From assembly GCF_009834535.1 (NCBI RefSeq), contig NC_045696.1:117182001-117246000 (forward strand): 64,000 bases of DNA. The letters run 5' to 3'. Positions 36,590 to 49,127 of the stretch are shown here, in pieces; positions within the stretch are counted from its first letter, which is position 1, and every line of letters begins with the position of its first letter. The DNA comes from Camelus ferus. Its lineage: Eukaryota. Both the position numbers and the translations under genes were made by a program. The notes under the pieces were generated by a model. That model was not told the origin of the DNA. It searched no databases and saw only the letters and a list, made by a program, of their open reading frames with translations.

Positions 36590-36950
36590 GGCAGGACTTT
36601 GGGTTGCATGAAGGAAAACCAACAGTGAAAAAGAAATCACCCAAGGCTGGACAGTAATGATGGGGAGATTTGACCTTCCCTAGACCTGAAGGTACAGGGA
36701 GCAGTTTCTAGAAGCCTCTGTTCTAGAGGGCTGCCTGATAAGCACTATGTCTTCAGAGGAGGAATCGTCACTGCCAACACAAGGCAGGGAAGGGACCCGA
36801 GTAAGGAACACCTAGACCCCCACCTCTCCCCATTCTCCCTGCTCCTGCTGGAGCCGCCTAGTGGCCACCACCAAAAGGAAGTCCCATCTCAAGGGAATCT
36901 GCTTGATGAGCTCCACAGCCTTCTGGTACATGGCTCCTGGGTTCTGCCGT
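36590..36950 (-). mobile_element. Old ERVL-type LTR (LTR33/LTR41-like)
   Basis: GGGCTGCCTGA...CACTGCCAAC...CACCTCTCC...CTCCTGCTGG.GCC.CC...TGGCCA...AAGGGAATC; subfamily uncertain. Confidence 0.45.
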
Positions 36951-37159
36951 TGCTTCCATTAAGAAAATGTGTGTTTACGTACGGTCTGCCTGGTTCTGCA
37001 GAAAAACGTGCTATAAACAGAATTGTAAGTCAGGCATTGGAGACAATTTCTGGGCTAAGGGTGAATTTTTCTGACCATCCGTAGGTGATTCATTCCTTTT
37101 ACTGTGCCACGGGTGAAAGTTGGATGTAATTTACTTATTCTTATTTATGTAACAAACGC

Positions 37160-37365
37160 TTTCAAAAGCTTGCCTTGTACTAGGCATGTTCTAAATGCTC
37201 AAATATTAGCTCATTTAATTCAATCCTGGTAAGGACTCTATGAGATAGATGCTTTTTAATCCCCATTTTACTGATGAAGGAATTTAAGCAAGATGTTAAA
37301 CCCAAGGTCACAGAGCAATAATTAACAGAGCCTGGATTTGAACCCAGGCAGACTGCTTCCAGAGA
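37160..37365 (-). mobile_element. MIR SINE
   Basis: CTCATTTAAT...CCCCATTTTACTGATGA...CCCAAGGTCACA...GGATTTGAACCCAGGCAG. Confidence 0.88.
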
Positions 37366-37494
37366 AAAAGCAATTAGCAAGAGCATTACCTACCACCTAC
37401 TTCTTACACCTGTTGTTGAGAACATTTCACTTTCTTTAAAGTAACTTTATCTGTTGCAAAATCGTTTTTCAGAGGAGCTTTAAAATGGACAGTG

Positions 37495-37836
37495 TGAACC
37501 TGGACAAACAGGCAGGAAAAAAGAGACTTTTTTTTTTTTAATTTAAAAAAACAATCAGGAAAGTATAAACACATACTGGGTACTAGGTGAAAATAAGAAA
37601 TGATGGCAATCTTTTTCAACGTGATAATGTTTAAAAAATTCTTGCCTCTTGGAGAAATGTTGACGTTTTCATGGGGGAAGGAATGCGATGCTGGGATTTG
37701 AAGAGTGAGGGGACAGATTAAACAAGAATGGTGAAATGCTGATCGTTGTTGAAGCTGGGTAGTGGGCACCCGTGATTCCTTGCGCTATTCTCACAATTTT
37801 TGTGTGTGCTTACAATTTTTCTTCATTAATTTTTAA
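37495..37836 (+). mobile_element. Old L1 (L1MC/MD/ME-type) 3' end
   Basis: AAACAAGAATGG..AAATG.TGAT..TTGTTGAAGCTGGGT...CTATTCTC...TTTTGTGT. Confidence 0.7.
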
Positions 37837-38611
37837 AGATACCATCAATTCCTCTAGGGATATTTTAAGGAAGGAGATAAAAAAAGAGAGAACTTCTTAA
37901 GTTTAATAAGATAATAACTTTTGATAGTAATTACCAGAAAACATAATAAATTCCATGGGCCTTTAACATACAGAGGCTTGAAACATGTCTGGAGTGTGAA
38001 GCCCTATTTCTTCTTCAATCCTAAAGTGCAATACGTTCTTTCTCAGGTTCATGCCCCTCTATCTATTGGAGACTTTTCTTGAAATTTGCCCCCCTCTCCA
38101 TCCTACGTGACCCCCACAGCATCACCACCTATTTCAACAAAATGCTTCTTGCCTGGCTAGAGTCACCACACCTGTTAATGCTCATTTCCTTCCACTAACC
38201 TTTCCAGATGGGTCATTCAGGGCTCACGTATCTGTCTTACTCACTGTATGGTCTTGGGGGAAGAAGTTGGGTTTTGAAGTTTGTATATTTTTGTTGGCTT
38301 AGTTCCCAAGACATGGAAAAGCTAAATAAATGATTTTCAAGTGAATACACTGAACTATTTATTTAAGCCTTGCTAAAATACCTGTGATGCTGAGCAAAGT
38401 TAAATTCTTTCAGCCAAATTTACCAACATCCCCTGCCACCAGTCATCCAATGTTCTGTCTTCTTGCTTCTCTATGTTCATCAAAGATGATTTGACAGAGG
38501 AGGTTGAATATCTTCCTGATGTTACAAATATAGGCTCCTTGAAAAGTACTACCCATGCCAGAGATGTGAGCTAGTTAATCGCACGGTTTTTGATTTTTGT
38601 TTGACTTAAGA

Positions 38612-38725
38612 AAATCATAGAATTTAGAGCTGGAGGGGCCATAGAATAATCTAATCCTAATCTTTCATTTTGTAGCAAGTATATGGAGATACAGGGAGGT
38701 TAACTGACTTGCTCAAATTTATACC
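38612..38725 (-). mobile_element. MIR/MIR3 fragment
   Basis: AATCATAGAATTTAGAGCTGGA...TTTCATTTTGTAG...GAGGTTAACTGACTTGCTCAA. Confidence 0.65.
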
Positions 38726-38799
38726 AAGGCTCAACTTTAGTCCTTTTCCGTAGAATGCCAATGCTGATTCTACATTTTGCACTTAGAAGGTCAATGCCT

Positions 38800-39200
38800 T
38801 GGCCTGCTTTTCAGTACCTGTGGTTTACGTAATTTTGATGATGGTTCTTAAGAAAAAGAACACAAAGTTACAAACACAGAGTTGAGTACAAACATGCGTA
38901 TTCATTAAGAACAAGAAACTACTCATGATATAACCTTTGAAAATACTGAAAATACCACAAATGCCGGAAAGTAACAGTATTTGTATAAATTAACTGCCTA
39001 ATTCACTCAGTTATTTGGGGTTATTACAATGGTGGTCTTAAAAGAGTCCTTTCTAATAATATGACATGCTAGGAGTTCTTTAATTAAAAATAAAGTTTGA
39101 GGTTGGTACATAAGTCTGTATTAGAAGAATATTTAATGTCTCAAAGTTGTAAAGATATTACCTCTGGTAATTTCTGCCAATTACAACAGACATGTCTAGC
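38800..39200. mobile_element. hAT-Tip100 (Zaphod/MER115-like) fragment
   Basis: TTAAGAAAAAGAACACAAAGTTACAAACACA...AAATACCACAAA resembles the recalled Zaphod consensus. Confidence 0.45.
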
Positions 39201-39221
39201 TAAGAAAAGTGATCAAGCAAG

Positions 39222-39705
39222 TAGTCATTCATCCAACACATTCATGAAGTCCCTGCTGGATGGCAGTCACTGTGTTGGGCAGTAGGGATGTAAAGATGAG
39301 TAAAGCCTTCTCTTACCCCTTGAGCCCCAGTCTACTGCAAGAGATAGGCAAATAAAGAATCAGAATTTAATGTCGTAACTACTATAGTAGGCATGTGGAG
39401 AAAGAGGATGAGAGGAGAGGTGACTGACTCTTTTGAGCAGTTATCTGGTGGAGAAGGATTCACAGAGGAGGTAATTTGGAGGTGAGTCTTGAAGGATGTA
39501 TAAACTGAGGAGGAAATTATAGGGACAGTTATAGGGAAAAGAGCCGAGAAAGGGGATGCTATGGCTCGTTAAGGGCTGGAGCAGGACACGTCGGGAAAGC
39601 AGTGTCAGGGGGCAGGGCTGGAAAGATGGGAAAGGACGGGTGAAGAGGTGGCATGTAGGGTGTGCTGAACATCTTGAACAGTAACAAAGAGGTGATGAGA
39701 AGCCC
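39222..39705 (-). mobile_element. L2 3' region
   Basis: TCATTCATCCAACACATT...CACTGTGTTGGGC...GGATTCACAGAGGAGGTAATTTG..GTGAGTCTTGAAGGATG. Confidence 0.8.
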
Positions 39706-39707
39706 TG

Positions 39708-40240
39708 TGTCTTAGGCTGCTGTAACAGAATACCATAAAATGGGTGGCTTACACGTTTATTTCTCATAGTTCTGGAGGCTGGTCAAGGTGCTAAGCAGAT
39801 CCAATATTTGTTGGGGGTCCTCTTGTATTTGGTGAGGGTCTTCTTCCTGGTTTGCAGACAGTTGTCTTCTTGTGTCTTCATATGGCAGAGAAGAGAGCGT
39901 ATGCAAGAGAGAGAGGGAGAGAGAGGAAAAGCAAGTGCTCTGTGTCTCTTCTTCTTTAAAACATTTTTAACTTTTAAAATCATTTATTTATTTATTTATT
40001 TATTGTTAATGGAGGCACTGGGGATTGAACCCAGGACCTCGTGCATGCCAGGCATGTGATCTACCACTAAGCTATACTTTCACCCATGTGTCTCTTCTTA
40101 TAAGGGCACTCATCTCCTTCTTAGGGGATCTGCCCTCATGACCTAATTACCTTCCAAGGGCTCCAACTCCTCAGACCATTGCATCGGGGGTAGGATTTCA
40201 ACAGTTGAGTTTGATGGAGATGCAAATGTTCAGTCTGTGG
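39708..40240 (-). mobile_element. MLT1A-type MaLR LTR (interrupted by a SINE)
   Basis: TGTCTTAGGCTGCTGTAACAGAATACCATAAA.TGGGTGGCTTA...TTTATTTCTCATAGTTCTGGAGGCTGG...CTCATGACCTAATTACCT...TTCAGTC. Confidence 0.88.
39954..40086 (-). mobile_element. tRNA-derived SINE (Vic-1-like) with 13-bp TSD
   Basis: GGAGGCACTGGGGATTGAACCCAGGACCTC...CTACCACTAAGCTATAC; TSD TGTGTCTCTTCTT at 39941-39953 and 40087-40099. Confidence 0.9.
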
Positions 40241-40714
40241 GATTCTTGCAGAATTTTAAGCCGGTAAGCAACATGACCTTGCTACTTGTAGGGAGGATTG
40301 CCTAGGAAGAGGAGAGGGGAGCGTGTCACTCAGAAGATAACCATGAGGCACATCCAGTAATGACACCTGAGTACCTTAAGATACTTCATTACTTACTATG
40401 CTCCCTATTGTCTAAATATGTTTGTAAAAATATTTCAACTTTTTCATGTTTCATAAACTTCAGTCCTCTCTTAACCCGTGTGTAAAGTTGTTAAGTTTCA
40501 TGTGTGGATAACTTCACTCTTACAGTAAGCTCTCTTGCTACGAAGATTTCAAAATCTGTATGGCTTTTCTCTCCCTTCATGTTTTCTGATTTGTCCTAAA
40601 CTGCCTTTTAAAAGAGGGTACCTGTCCACTAGCACCCCACTTCTGCTTCTCTAATCCAGTACTACTCCCACAGGTAAATAGTTCTTCAAGCATTTCTCAA
40701 AGGCACTAACTTCC

Positions 40715-40945
40715 CTGCACTATCCAACATGGTAATCACTAGCTACACGTGGTTATTTACATCAAAATTGAAATTAAATACATTGAAAATTCAGTTGCTC
40801 AACGGCACTAGCATTTCAAGTGGATCATTTCCAGTGTTCAGTAGCCGCATGTGGCTAGGGGCTAATGTATTGAATAGCTCAGACATAGAAAGATGCATCA
40901 TTCCAGAAAGTTTTACATTATTCTAGAAAGTTCTGTGAGACGGTT
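40715..40945 (-). mobile_element. MER3 (hAT-Charlie)
   Basis: CTGCACTATCCAACATGGTA..CACTAGC.ACA.GTGG...TAGCCGCATGTGGCTAG...CAGAAAGTT. Confidence 0.8.
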
Positions 40946-43900
40946 TAGGCTGGACCATTATCCTTCTTGATCTGTTTGAAACAATATAACTATTCATTCA
41001 GGATGCTAATGAGACTTTTCTCTATAATTCTCTTCATTAAAAACACACTCCACAAGAATTTTCAGATAAATTGTCCATGATGTTTAGCATGTAATTTTGA
41101 TGTTATCATGAAAATAGTGACATTTGTAATGTTTAGGAAACAATTTGGGGTCCAGTTAGCAGAGGTTGCCAATATTAAAAAGATCATGAAGATATAATGG
41201 TTCTCTCTGATAAGATGTCAAAGTGTCACCATTAGTTTTATAAGGGAAAAGATAGTTTGCAATACTAAATAGTCCACCTTGGTTGATTTGTCCCTGGTGA
41301 ATAATAAATCCTCCCTGTTCGCTAACTCAGCCAGATGATGTACTTGATTGATTCTAGAGAATTTATAGTCTCTTTCTAAAAATGTATTACTGAGTGGATC
41401 AGTATATTCATAATCTCAGGATCCCAACAAACACTTACCCAGCCATGTCACAAGTGAATGAAGTGGCATCATTAATGTAAGCAGTAACTGGAGTTTCATG
41501 AGCATTCCCATAACTGCCATGACCACCAGTAAGTCCAAAAGTAGTTAACTCAAATAAAATAAAATAAAATAAAAAGATAAAAACCGTATCACAGCATCAC
41601 CAACTCTGGGTACATTTAAAAAGCAAATCAATCTCCTTTCTGAAAAGACTACACACCGATAATTCATCCACCTAGAATATCCAAAAGAGAAATAGGTCAT
41701 CATTGCAGCAAAAACAATAAGCATCGCACTGTTTGGAAGAATCAATAGTGTCATGATAAATGAAGTCCCCTCTTTTATTGCTGCAACGAGCCTCCTGTGA
41801 CTGGGAAGTCCCAGCTGACTCTCCACCATCCCTCCTCCCCTACACACAGCCCCTAGGCTTCCCTCAGAGATTCTTCTAAAGCAAGACTCTGGGTCACAGA
41901 ATTTACAAAACTCCTCCTAGATATGGCTACAGTCAGAAGTAAACTAGCCCCTCTGAAAGGGCACCCAATGTGGTGACTGATGGCTGGACCTTCGTCTCAT
42001 TTTCAGCTGTGTTGGCTAAATTGTGCAGCCACCTACTTAGCAAGTGTGACGGACGCTCCGTGCTGGGAGAACTTGATGTCATTCCTGCTGACAAGGACAC
42101 TCACAGACTACAGTCTTCTTGTGTCATTCGGTAGCACAACGAACAAAGGAGTGAATGGCCAGAATGTTCAAAGTTAACTACAAACAGGGAAAAGAAAGTT
42201 AATGTGACACACTGCAGTATTCTCTCTTAGCACGCAGTTACAAGCTTTGAAAGTTCCGTTAAGTATCTCTTTTTTAAGATAAATACCTATTAAGTAATGT
42301 ATATGCACAAGCTGAAGTGTTAAATGGTTTGTTGAAACCTATTAGAGTACACAAGATGATAAACATAAATTATAGCTAATATACTGCACCAGTGATTTTT
42401 AAACATAAAAATTACTGACACTGTAAAAACACACTTGAGTCATCGTAGCAGCATAATAGCACTAATCCATGTTTATCCAACCATGCACTTTTCAAAAACA
42501 ACACAAACCTCTAATAAATGCTTTGGCTTCACCTTGACAACTTATATGGGTTATTGCCTCGTTCATGCCTGGATAACCATGTGTTATGACTTAAATGTTC
42601 TTTAATATCAATTTATGCCTTGAAGAAAAAAGATTGAATAACATAGTGTACATATGGTTCAATTTATTACAGCAAAACAATCATTTTAGTTTGAAGATAT
42701 TTTCTCATGGTGCATATCATAGAAATCTTCTTCAATAGAGCTCTCAATAAACCAGATTTTTTATGTCACAATAAATGAAACTAAGGCAGCTAATTGTTGC
42801 TAAGATTCTAAATAGATGGGTCTATTTGGCTTCCTTGTCAATCAAGAAATACATTCCTTAACACTTGTATTTCTGGATTTTAATGTCTCTAATTGGATTT
42901 TACACTATCTGATTAATGAGGTAGTTTATAGGCTACTATAAAAAAAATTGATACTCAAAAAGTGAAGGAGGAAATTGTGGACTGTCAGCATTACTGAAGA
43001 GTCAAGAAGACACCAAGAATCACAGTGGTCACAAAAGCCAAAGGGGAGGAATGTGGGGATGAGGAGGTGAACTTGTAGAAAGAGAATAAATCGAAATGGA
43101 CTCTGGAAATATCAGAAGTGCTTCTGAAACAGTGGGCATGAGACTGTCCAAAGCAGACAGTAATTTCCACCCCCCAAAACCCTTTTCCCTGCTCCCCGCA
43201 TCCCCAGTTTCCAGGTCTTGTAAGTAGATACTATTTTTATCCCTGGGTGAACATTGGGGTTGGATCACACTGATTCTAAAGCCCAGTGTGGAAGGTGGGC
43301 TGGGTGGGAGAGCAGGTGACATGCACTCTCCAGACGTCTCCTTCCCAGAGAAGAGTCAGCCAGTTGAACCAACCGTTCTTCAAAGGAAGGGAGCTAGAAC
43401 CAACCTATTCACATATGTCTCGTAATAAATCAGCAAACACTGCAGCGATTTAAAAATAACCCCCTTTAATTATTTGTTTTCTCATTCTCACTTTCTCTCT
43501 GCCAGTCAGCAATGTTATTTGAGAACTTACGGTGTGAAATTGAGGATGAGTAGGTGCCACTTTCAGGGTGGGGGCAGGGATGAAGCAGGCAGGCCAAAAT
43601 GGATTATATTCTTGTTTGATAGGCATTTGCAGGGAAGGGTTGAGGAAGGAAGACTTCGCGAAGGGGGGGAGCGTTGGTGGCTGAATCTTGAAAGATGAAT
43701 ATGTTATTTGGAAAATAACCCATGATCCCATAGAGAGCCAACAACAACCAAAAAAGACATGTCTTTCCTGAAATGAAACATTTTTAATGAATCATCAATA
43801 ATAAAATCTAGAGTCCCAGAGAATTTATCCAACAAATGTCAGGCATCGGAGAATGCTCCACACTCAACAAACTTACTCAGTTCCAAGTAGGGTTTCCCCG

Positions 43901-44199
43901 GGAGGCATGAGCCATAACTTCAATCACCTTCCACCCAAACACTAATTCTCCTTCCCTGTAGTGAACTCAGCTGCTCTGTAGGGTCTCCATAACCACTTGC
44001 TTGCTCTTACCAAGGCATGAATTAATTTTATATGTCAAATAGGTGAAAAATATTCTTGCAAACAGATACACTTTGCTAGGCATCGTAAACAAATCCAGTT
44101 ACAAGCTGATTGATAAAACAACTAGTCAAACTGAACTTCTCTGTTTCCAAAACTTGACTGTTTTGTCCACCTAGCTCTCCAAGCTTTTGATTGCACTCA

Positions 44200-44530
44200 C
44201 TTCTCCGTCTGCAACTCCTCTCTGTCTCATCTCTACGTCTTCAAATCCCACCTATTCCTTAAAGCAACAACCTCCTCTCTCTTCTACAAGGAAGAATCCC
44301 CTGACTGCCAATGGCTACAGGTTGCCCCTCTGGTTACTTTCAGCTCTCACAGCTCTTTTCCTGAACTTCTTCTCTTGAACTTACTGATTTTTATTCTACA
44401 CTATTATTGTTTATGTTTGTGTTCACTGTCTTTCCTGGTAGACTCTAAACTCTAAGGGCAGGGAAGACCATTCCGTCTCTCCTCTGTGTCCTAGAATTGG
44501 GCACGCTTCCCTGCAGCATAAGCTTCAACC
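44200..44530 (+). mobile_element. L2 3' fragment
   Basis: TCAAATCCCACCT...CTGGTAGACTCTAAACTCT.AGGGCAGGGA. Confidence 0.6.
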
Positions 44531-45509
44531 AGATTTCTTTAGTAAACATGATTGACTTGCCCATAATTTTGAGCCTTCCTCCTGTTAGTGCTATAGAAAG
44601 TGGCCATCATGAAGATTATACTTTTGCAAAATTATTAATGGAGAAATGGAAATACAGTTATTTCTTTTGTATTGCTATTACTATGTTTAAATAAAAGATA
44701 GCTGGCTTATAACCATGACGTCTTTCATTTTAGTTTTACTCTTAATCCATGCAAAGGGACTGAATCGTACACTTGTGTAACTCATAAATATGAGCATTTA
44801 AAACTCCAGAAAATATGCCTGTCTTGTCTATCCTTGAAAGTGTCATAGTGACAAGCTATACCAGGACATTGTCTCCTGACAGGCTAAGCCTGAGCGTGGA
44901 ATGCACACTTGAGCTGTCTAATCCTTCTCCATTATCCATTAGCCCAGCACACATATTCTGGGATGAAACTCAAAGTCAATGACTGTTTATCATCATTTGC
45001 TCCTCCAAGAAATGATTTTACATGCAAGTCCAGATATTGTTCACCACAGCCGATCAGCATCCAGGTTTCCCCTGGAGCATCCTTAAGTGATTCCAGCTCA
45101 AGAAAACCCATCCCAGATTCCAAATGTAGAGGTCCTTGAGCAGTATCTGAGTAGACTACACAATCTGCCTTTATGAGCTCCCCCTGGGGGCATTACTTCT
45201 GTAAAGGAAACAAAAACCTATGCAAATATACACAGTCATGTGAATACCACCTACTCTTATTGTAACAGAGAGTCACGTCAACTAGACCTGTTGCTTCTGT
45301 GAGGGCAGTATGGATGTGATCTGAAGTCAGTTTGCCACTGGGGATGGGGTGGAGGTGGATGACCTAGCAGTAATGGCGTCTTGGTTGTCATTTAGAAAAT
45401 GACTGCCAGAATGTTCCTGGCTCACTTGATTAAAGAAATTATCCTTTCTCTGGAGCTACATGGATGGTTTTATGTGATAACAACAAAAAAAGAAGAGCAT
45501 CCAGCAGAT

Positions 45510-45650
45510 TAGAACAGCGACCTGGAAGACAAATCTCTCGGCTCTAACTTTGGCAATGCTGACAATTTGCTGGGCTGGTCTCTGAAAAGTATTTGCTCTA
45601 ATGTTTTAGGGCATCATTTTCTCCCCTAACAGTAGAGGAATATCACAGTG
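45510..45650 (+). mobile_element. Degenerate MIR
   Basis: CTCTAACTTTGGC..TGC...AATTTGCTGGG...CATTTTCTCCCCT. Confidence 0.45.
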
Positions 45651-47469
45651 GATATAATGTTTTCTGATTTTCTTAAAGACACATTTCAAACACAAAATTA
45701 GTGATTGGGCTCTCATAAAATTTTAAGGTCATCTTAAATAAAAGATTCTATCATCTTTTAGAATTGTGATTCCACATGCCCCAGAAATTGGCTTTTAACA
45801 ACTGGAAAAGAATCCATCTACTCTGTTTAAAAAGCAAAAACAAACAAACAAACACCACCAGACAAAACTACTCACTTTCGCCATGATCCCTATACTTTAA
45901 AAGGTGCTGAATCTGTACTTTTAAGCTATATTTAGGAATTATATAAGCCATGGTGTTCACTTTGTTTCACATAAGTTTTCTTCTTCTGGTTTCAAAATCT
46001 TCATATTTGGGAAGGTATTGTGCACATTGCATATATTTATTCATATGTACTCCAGGGTGAAGTTTACAAACTCATCAGGATAAAAAAAGGAAGTCCAGAC
46101 CCATGTAAAACTCTTAGTGATATCTGCCCTCACAGTCATCACTTCTGCCATGTCATCTTGTCCTTTCTGGTTCTAGTGATGGCCTATTATTAAAATCTGA
46201 CTTCAAGCTACGATGTCACTCACGTATATTCCAATATACATGTCAGATAGTGCAGTCACTTTCCTATTACCTTACGTGTCAAGCCTGAACTCAAATTTGG
46301 AAACTTTGCTTCCTGTTGAGGAATTTGGAACACAAGCTGATGGGTGAGAAGTCTCTGGGGTGAGAGCTGGAAGAGGAGGCAAGATGTCTTCTCCCGCGTC
46401 CTAGAAGTCACACTTCCATGAATTTTAACTGTGTTCAGTCCTGGAGTCTGCCTATACTAATGAGATGCCCCATGACGTTCACTTGTTATTTGCTTTGTAT
46501 GGTTAGGCTGAGCACATATGGAAAAAATAACCATTGCATTTGATAAAGAAAAAACATTTCCACCAAAATTTTAATTTCCAGTGGTATCTTAGAATGCCAT
46601 GTTCCTCTCTTTCAATACTTCTAGGTGAGAAGGGACTCCTGGTAATGAAATGGCAGAAACAAAGAGTGATCTCAAAGGCACGTGTTTAATATCCCCCTTC
46701 TCCGAATCCCGTTATGCTTTACCTCGATTTCCCCTGAGTGCACAGTCCATGTAGAGACAGGGTTTATCTTCTTTACATTCAGATGGTTGCATTTCCTGCT
46801 TGAAATGTCAGCTGGATTGTCTCTGCACCCTGCCTCCCCCCATCTTTTGGTCTCCCAGAAGCTGTCTGCTGCTTCAGGCAAACTTAATGACGGCAGGGCC
46901 GCAGAGCCAAAAAAGGAAAAACACCTGTGGCCAGTCTAAAGTTTAGTCCTGAAATAGACAGGCAATGGCCATCACCTGCCTGCTGTGTGAGAGCCCAATC
47001 AAGTCTATTCATCACAACTGTGCAGATAAGGGCTTTTTTTTCCCCCTTCCCTTTTTTTTTTTTTTTTTTTTGCTGTTGTTTTTGTTAAACTGAGTGTGAT
47101 AGGAAGAGAACAAAATCTAGCAAAGGAACGGTGCCCTCTGCATGGTCCTAAACGACTGCTGTTTACACACATCAATGGAAGTGGTCATTCCAAAAAAAAA
47201 AAAAAAAAAAAAGGCTCATGGAATGATCTGAAAAATGAATTCATTCAGACTTCCTTTTCAAAAATTCTATTACAATGTTTTCTTTAAGTTTCCTGGTGAA
47301 ATTATGAAAGAGAAGAGAATGAGGGCAAATGACAGCTAAATTCATTGGGGACCTATTGTCTACCAGGGGGCCTGTGAGCAGGAGTGTAAGGATGCTTTCT
47401 TGTTCGTGCCTTGGCATGGCAGAAAAAAAATAAGGGATGGTGCAAAATCACATATTGATGAACGCTGTG

Positions 47470-47800
47470 ACAAAAATACACGATTCCATCCTTACCTTTC
47501 TGCAGTTCTTGATATTACATATTCCTTGAATACTCTCCTACCTTGGCTTCCAGGATTCCAGAGTCTCCTGGTTTTATTCCCAATTTTCTTGGCTGGCTCT
47601 TCTCCATTTTCTTTGCAGACTCCTTTTCCTCTGCTCATCTTTCTTAATTGGTGTGCATCCTAGGCCTAAATCATTTGTTCTATGCACACTGTCCTTGGGA
47701 GGGTTCACTTCATTCACCCCAAAGCTGCAAGTGGCATCCATTGACTGAATGGCCCAAGCAGTCTCCATGCCTGAGATCTGTCTCCTAAGCTCCACACCCT
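47470..47800 (+). mobile_element. L2 fragment
   Basis: CTTCCAGGA...TCTCCTGGTTTT..TCC...GGCTGGCTCTTCTC...TCTGTCTCCTAAGCTCCA. Confidence 0.65.
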
Positions 47801-48219
47801 TTGGTAGGGTGGCCGATCCCCACTGTTCCCGCCAATGACATCCACGCAGATGGCTACTCAGGATTTCCTGGTGTGGTCAGCCTTTCTGATAGTGCCAAAG
47901 TGCCATCTTTCCTCTTCTTTGGGGAATGATGTGGGTCTGGAAGTGGAAGAAGAAACTATCTCATGAACAGAGGTAGCCATAAGGAAGAACGCTACCCGTG
48001 GAACACGGAGTCACAGAAGGAGAGATGAAACCTAGAACATTAGTGAATTTGTGACATTACTGAATAAGCTGTGGACTTCTTCTATTGTGAGAAGAACAAG
48101 TTCTCTTTTTGGTTTTATGCATAGTTATATGTATATAGAGAAAGTTATATATACACCACGGCATATGATTTTATAGCTTAAAGGAGACAATACGTATTTA
48201 AATGACAGAATTTTATTTA

Positions 48220-48495
48220 ATACGGAAAGAATGTTCACAAAAATTGATAATACATCTTGCCACAAATGATATCTCCACATATTTTTTAAATAGTAAAAAT
48301 CCTTTGGATCACATTCATTGACTATAATTTAATAAAATCAGACATGAGTCATTCTAAGCAAGCCACGCCCACCATCACCACCACACCCACCCCTCACCAT
48401 CCAAACCTGTTCAACTGGAAATTTAAAACAACAATGTCTAAGAACTCTTGAATTAAAGAAAAAATGAAATTCAAAGTATAAACAACTTAGCAATA
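48220..48495 (+). mobile_element. Old L1 ORF2 (endonuclease-region) remnant
   Basis: GAATGTTCACAAAAATTGA...TGACTATAAT..AATAAAATCAGA...TGGAAATTTAAAACA. Confidence 0.6.
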
Positions 48496-48509
48496 AATGG
48501 CATTTTATT

Positions 48510-49110
48510 GCAAGGAAGTGTTCCCTCCCTCCCTTCCTTCCTTTCTCCCTTTCTACCTATCGGTCCATGTAGCTACTTACATATATATGAAATTATGAAT
48601 TCTTATTTTATTCAGTTGAATATAATTGTTATAATCATTTATTTTGACCTCAAAATTGTTCTAAATTTGGCCAGTGGGAGCCCTTCAAGGTGGCTCCTTG
48701 TCCTTCTGACATGACTCCATCCTTTTGTGAACACTCCTTGACTCTCTTGTCCAAGGCATTCCAGCATCACTTCGTGTTTTCCCTGCCCGCACTCTGAAAC
48801 CAGCCACCTCCCCAGGAGTGCTGGTTCTTTTAATGAGGAGTTCCATTCAGGAACGAAGCCCTAGCCACACTCACTACTCTAGCAGTGTCATTGCCTCTAG
48901 ACCCTTCCAGAGGACAGGGTTCATTCTGGTCTTCTGCCTCCTCATCTTTATGACTCCTTTCTCTGTCCATGAGAAACCTGGCTCCCTTGATCCACAATAT
49001 GCTCACTCATTTCCTCAAGCTTAAGAAGTGGTTTCAGAATTGTTTATCCATATCTTTGTGAGAAACAAACTTACTAACTAGAGTTTCATATTTGTCTGCA
49101 GATCTTTATT
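48510..49110 (-). mobile_element. L1MC4/5-type 3' fragment
   Basis: AATTGTTC.AAATTTGGCCAGTGGGAGCCC.TTCAAG.TGGCTCCT...CCCTGCCC...CAGCCA...CCAGGAG..CTGGTTC.TTT. Confidence 0.75.
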
Positions 49111-49127
49111 CTTGACTATTAAATTAT

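Noticed and set aside
46768..46780. 13-nt perfect complement (CTTCTTTACATTC) to miR-1 positions 3-15
   Set aside because: Flanks do not match mature miR-1, the seed match is incomplete and I see no hairpin partner; plausible chance match.
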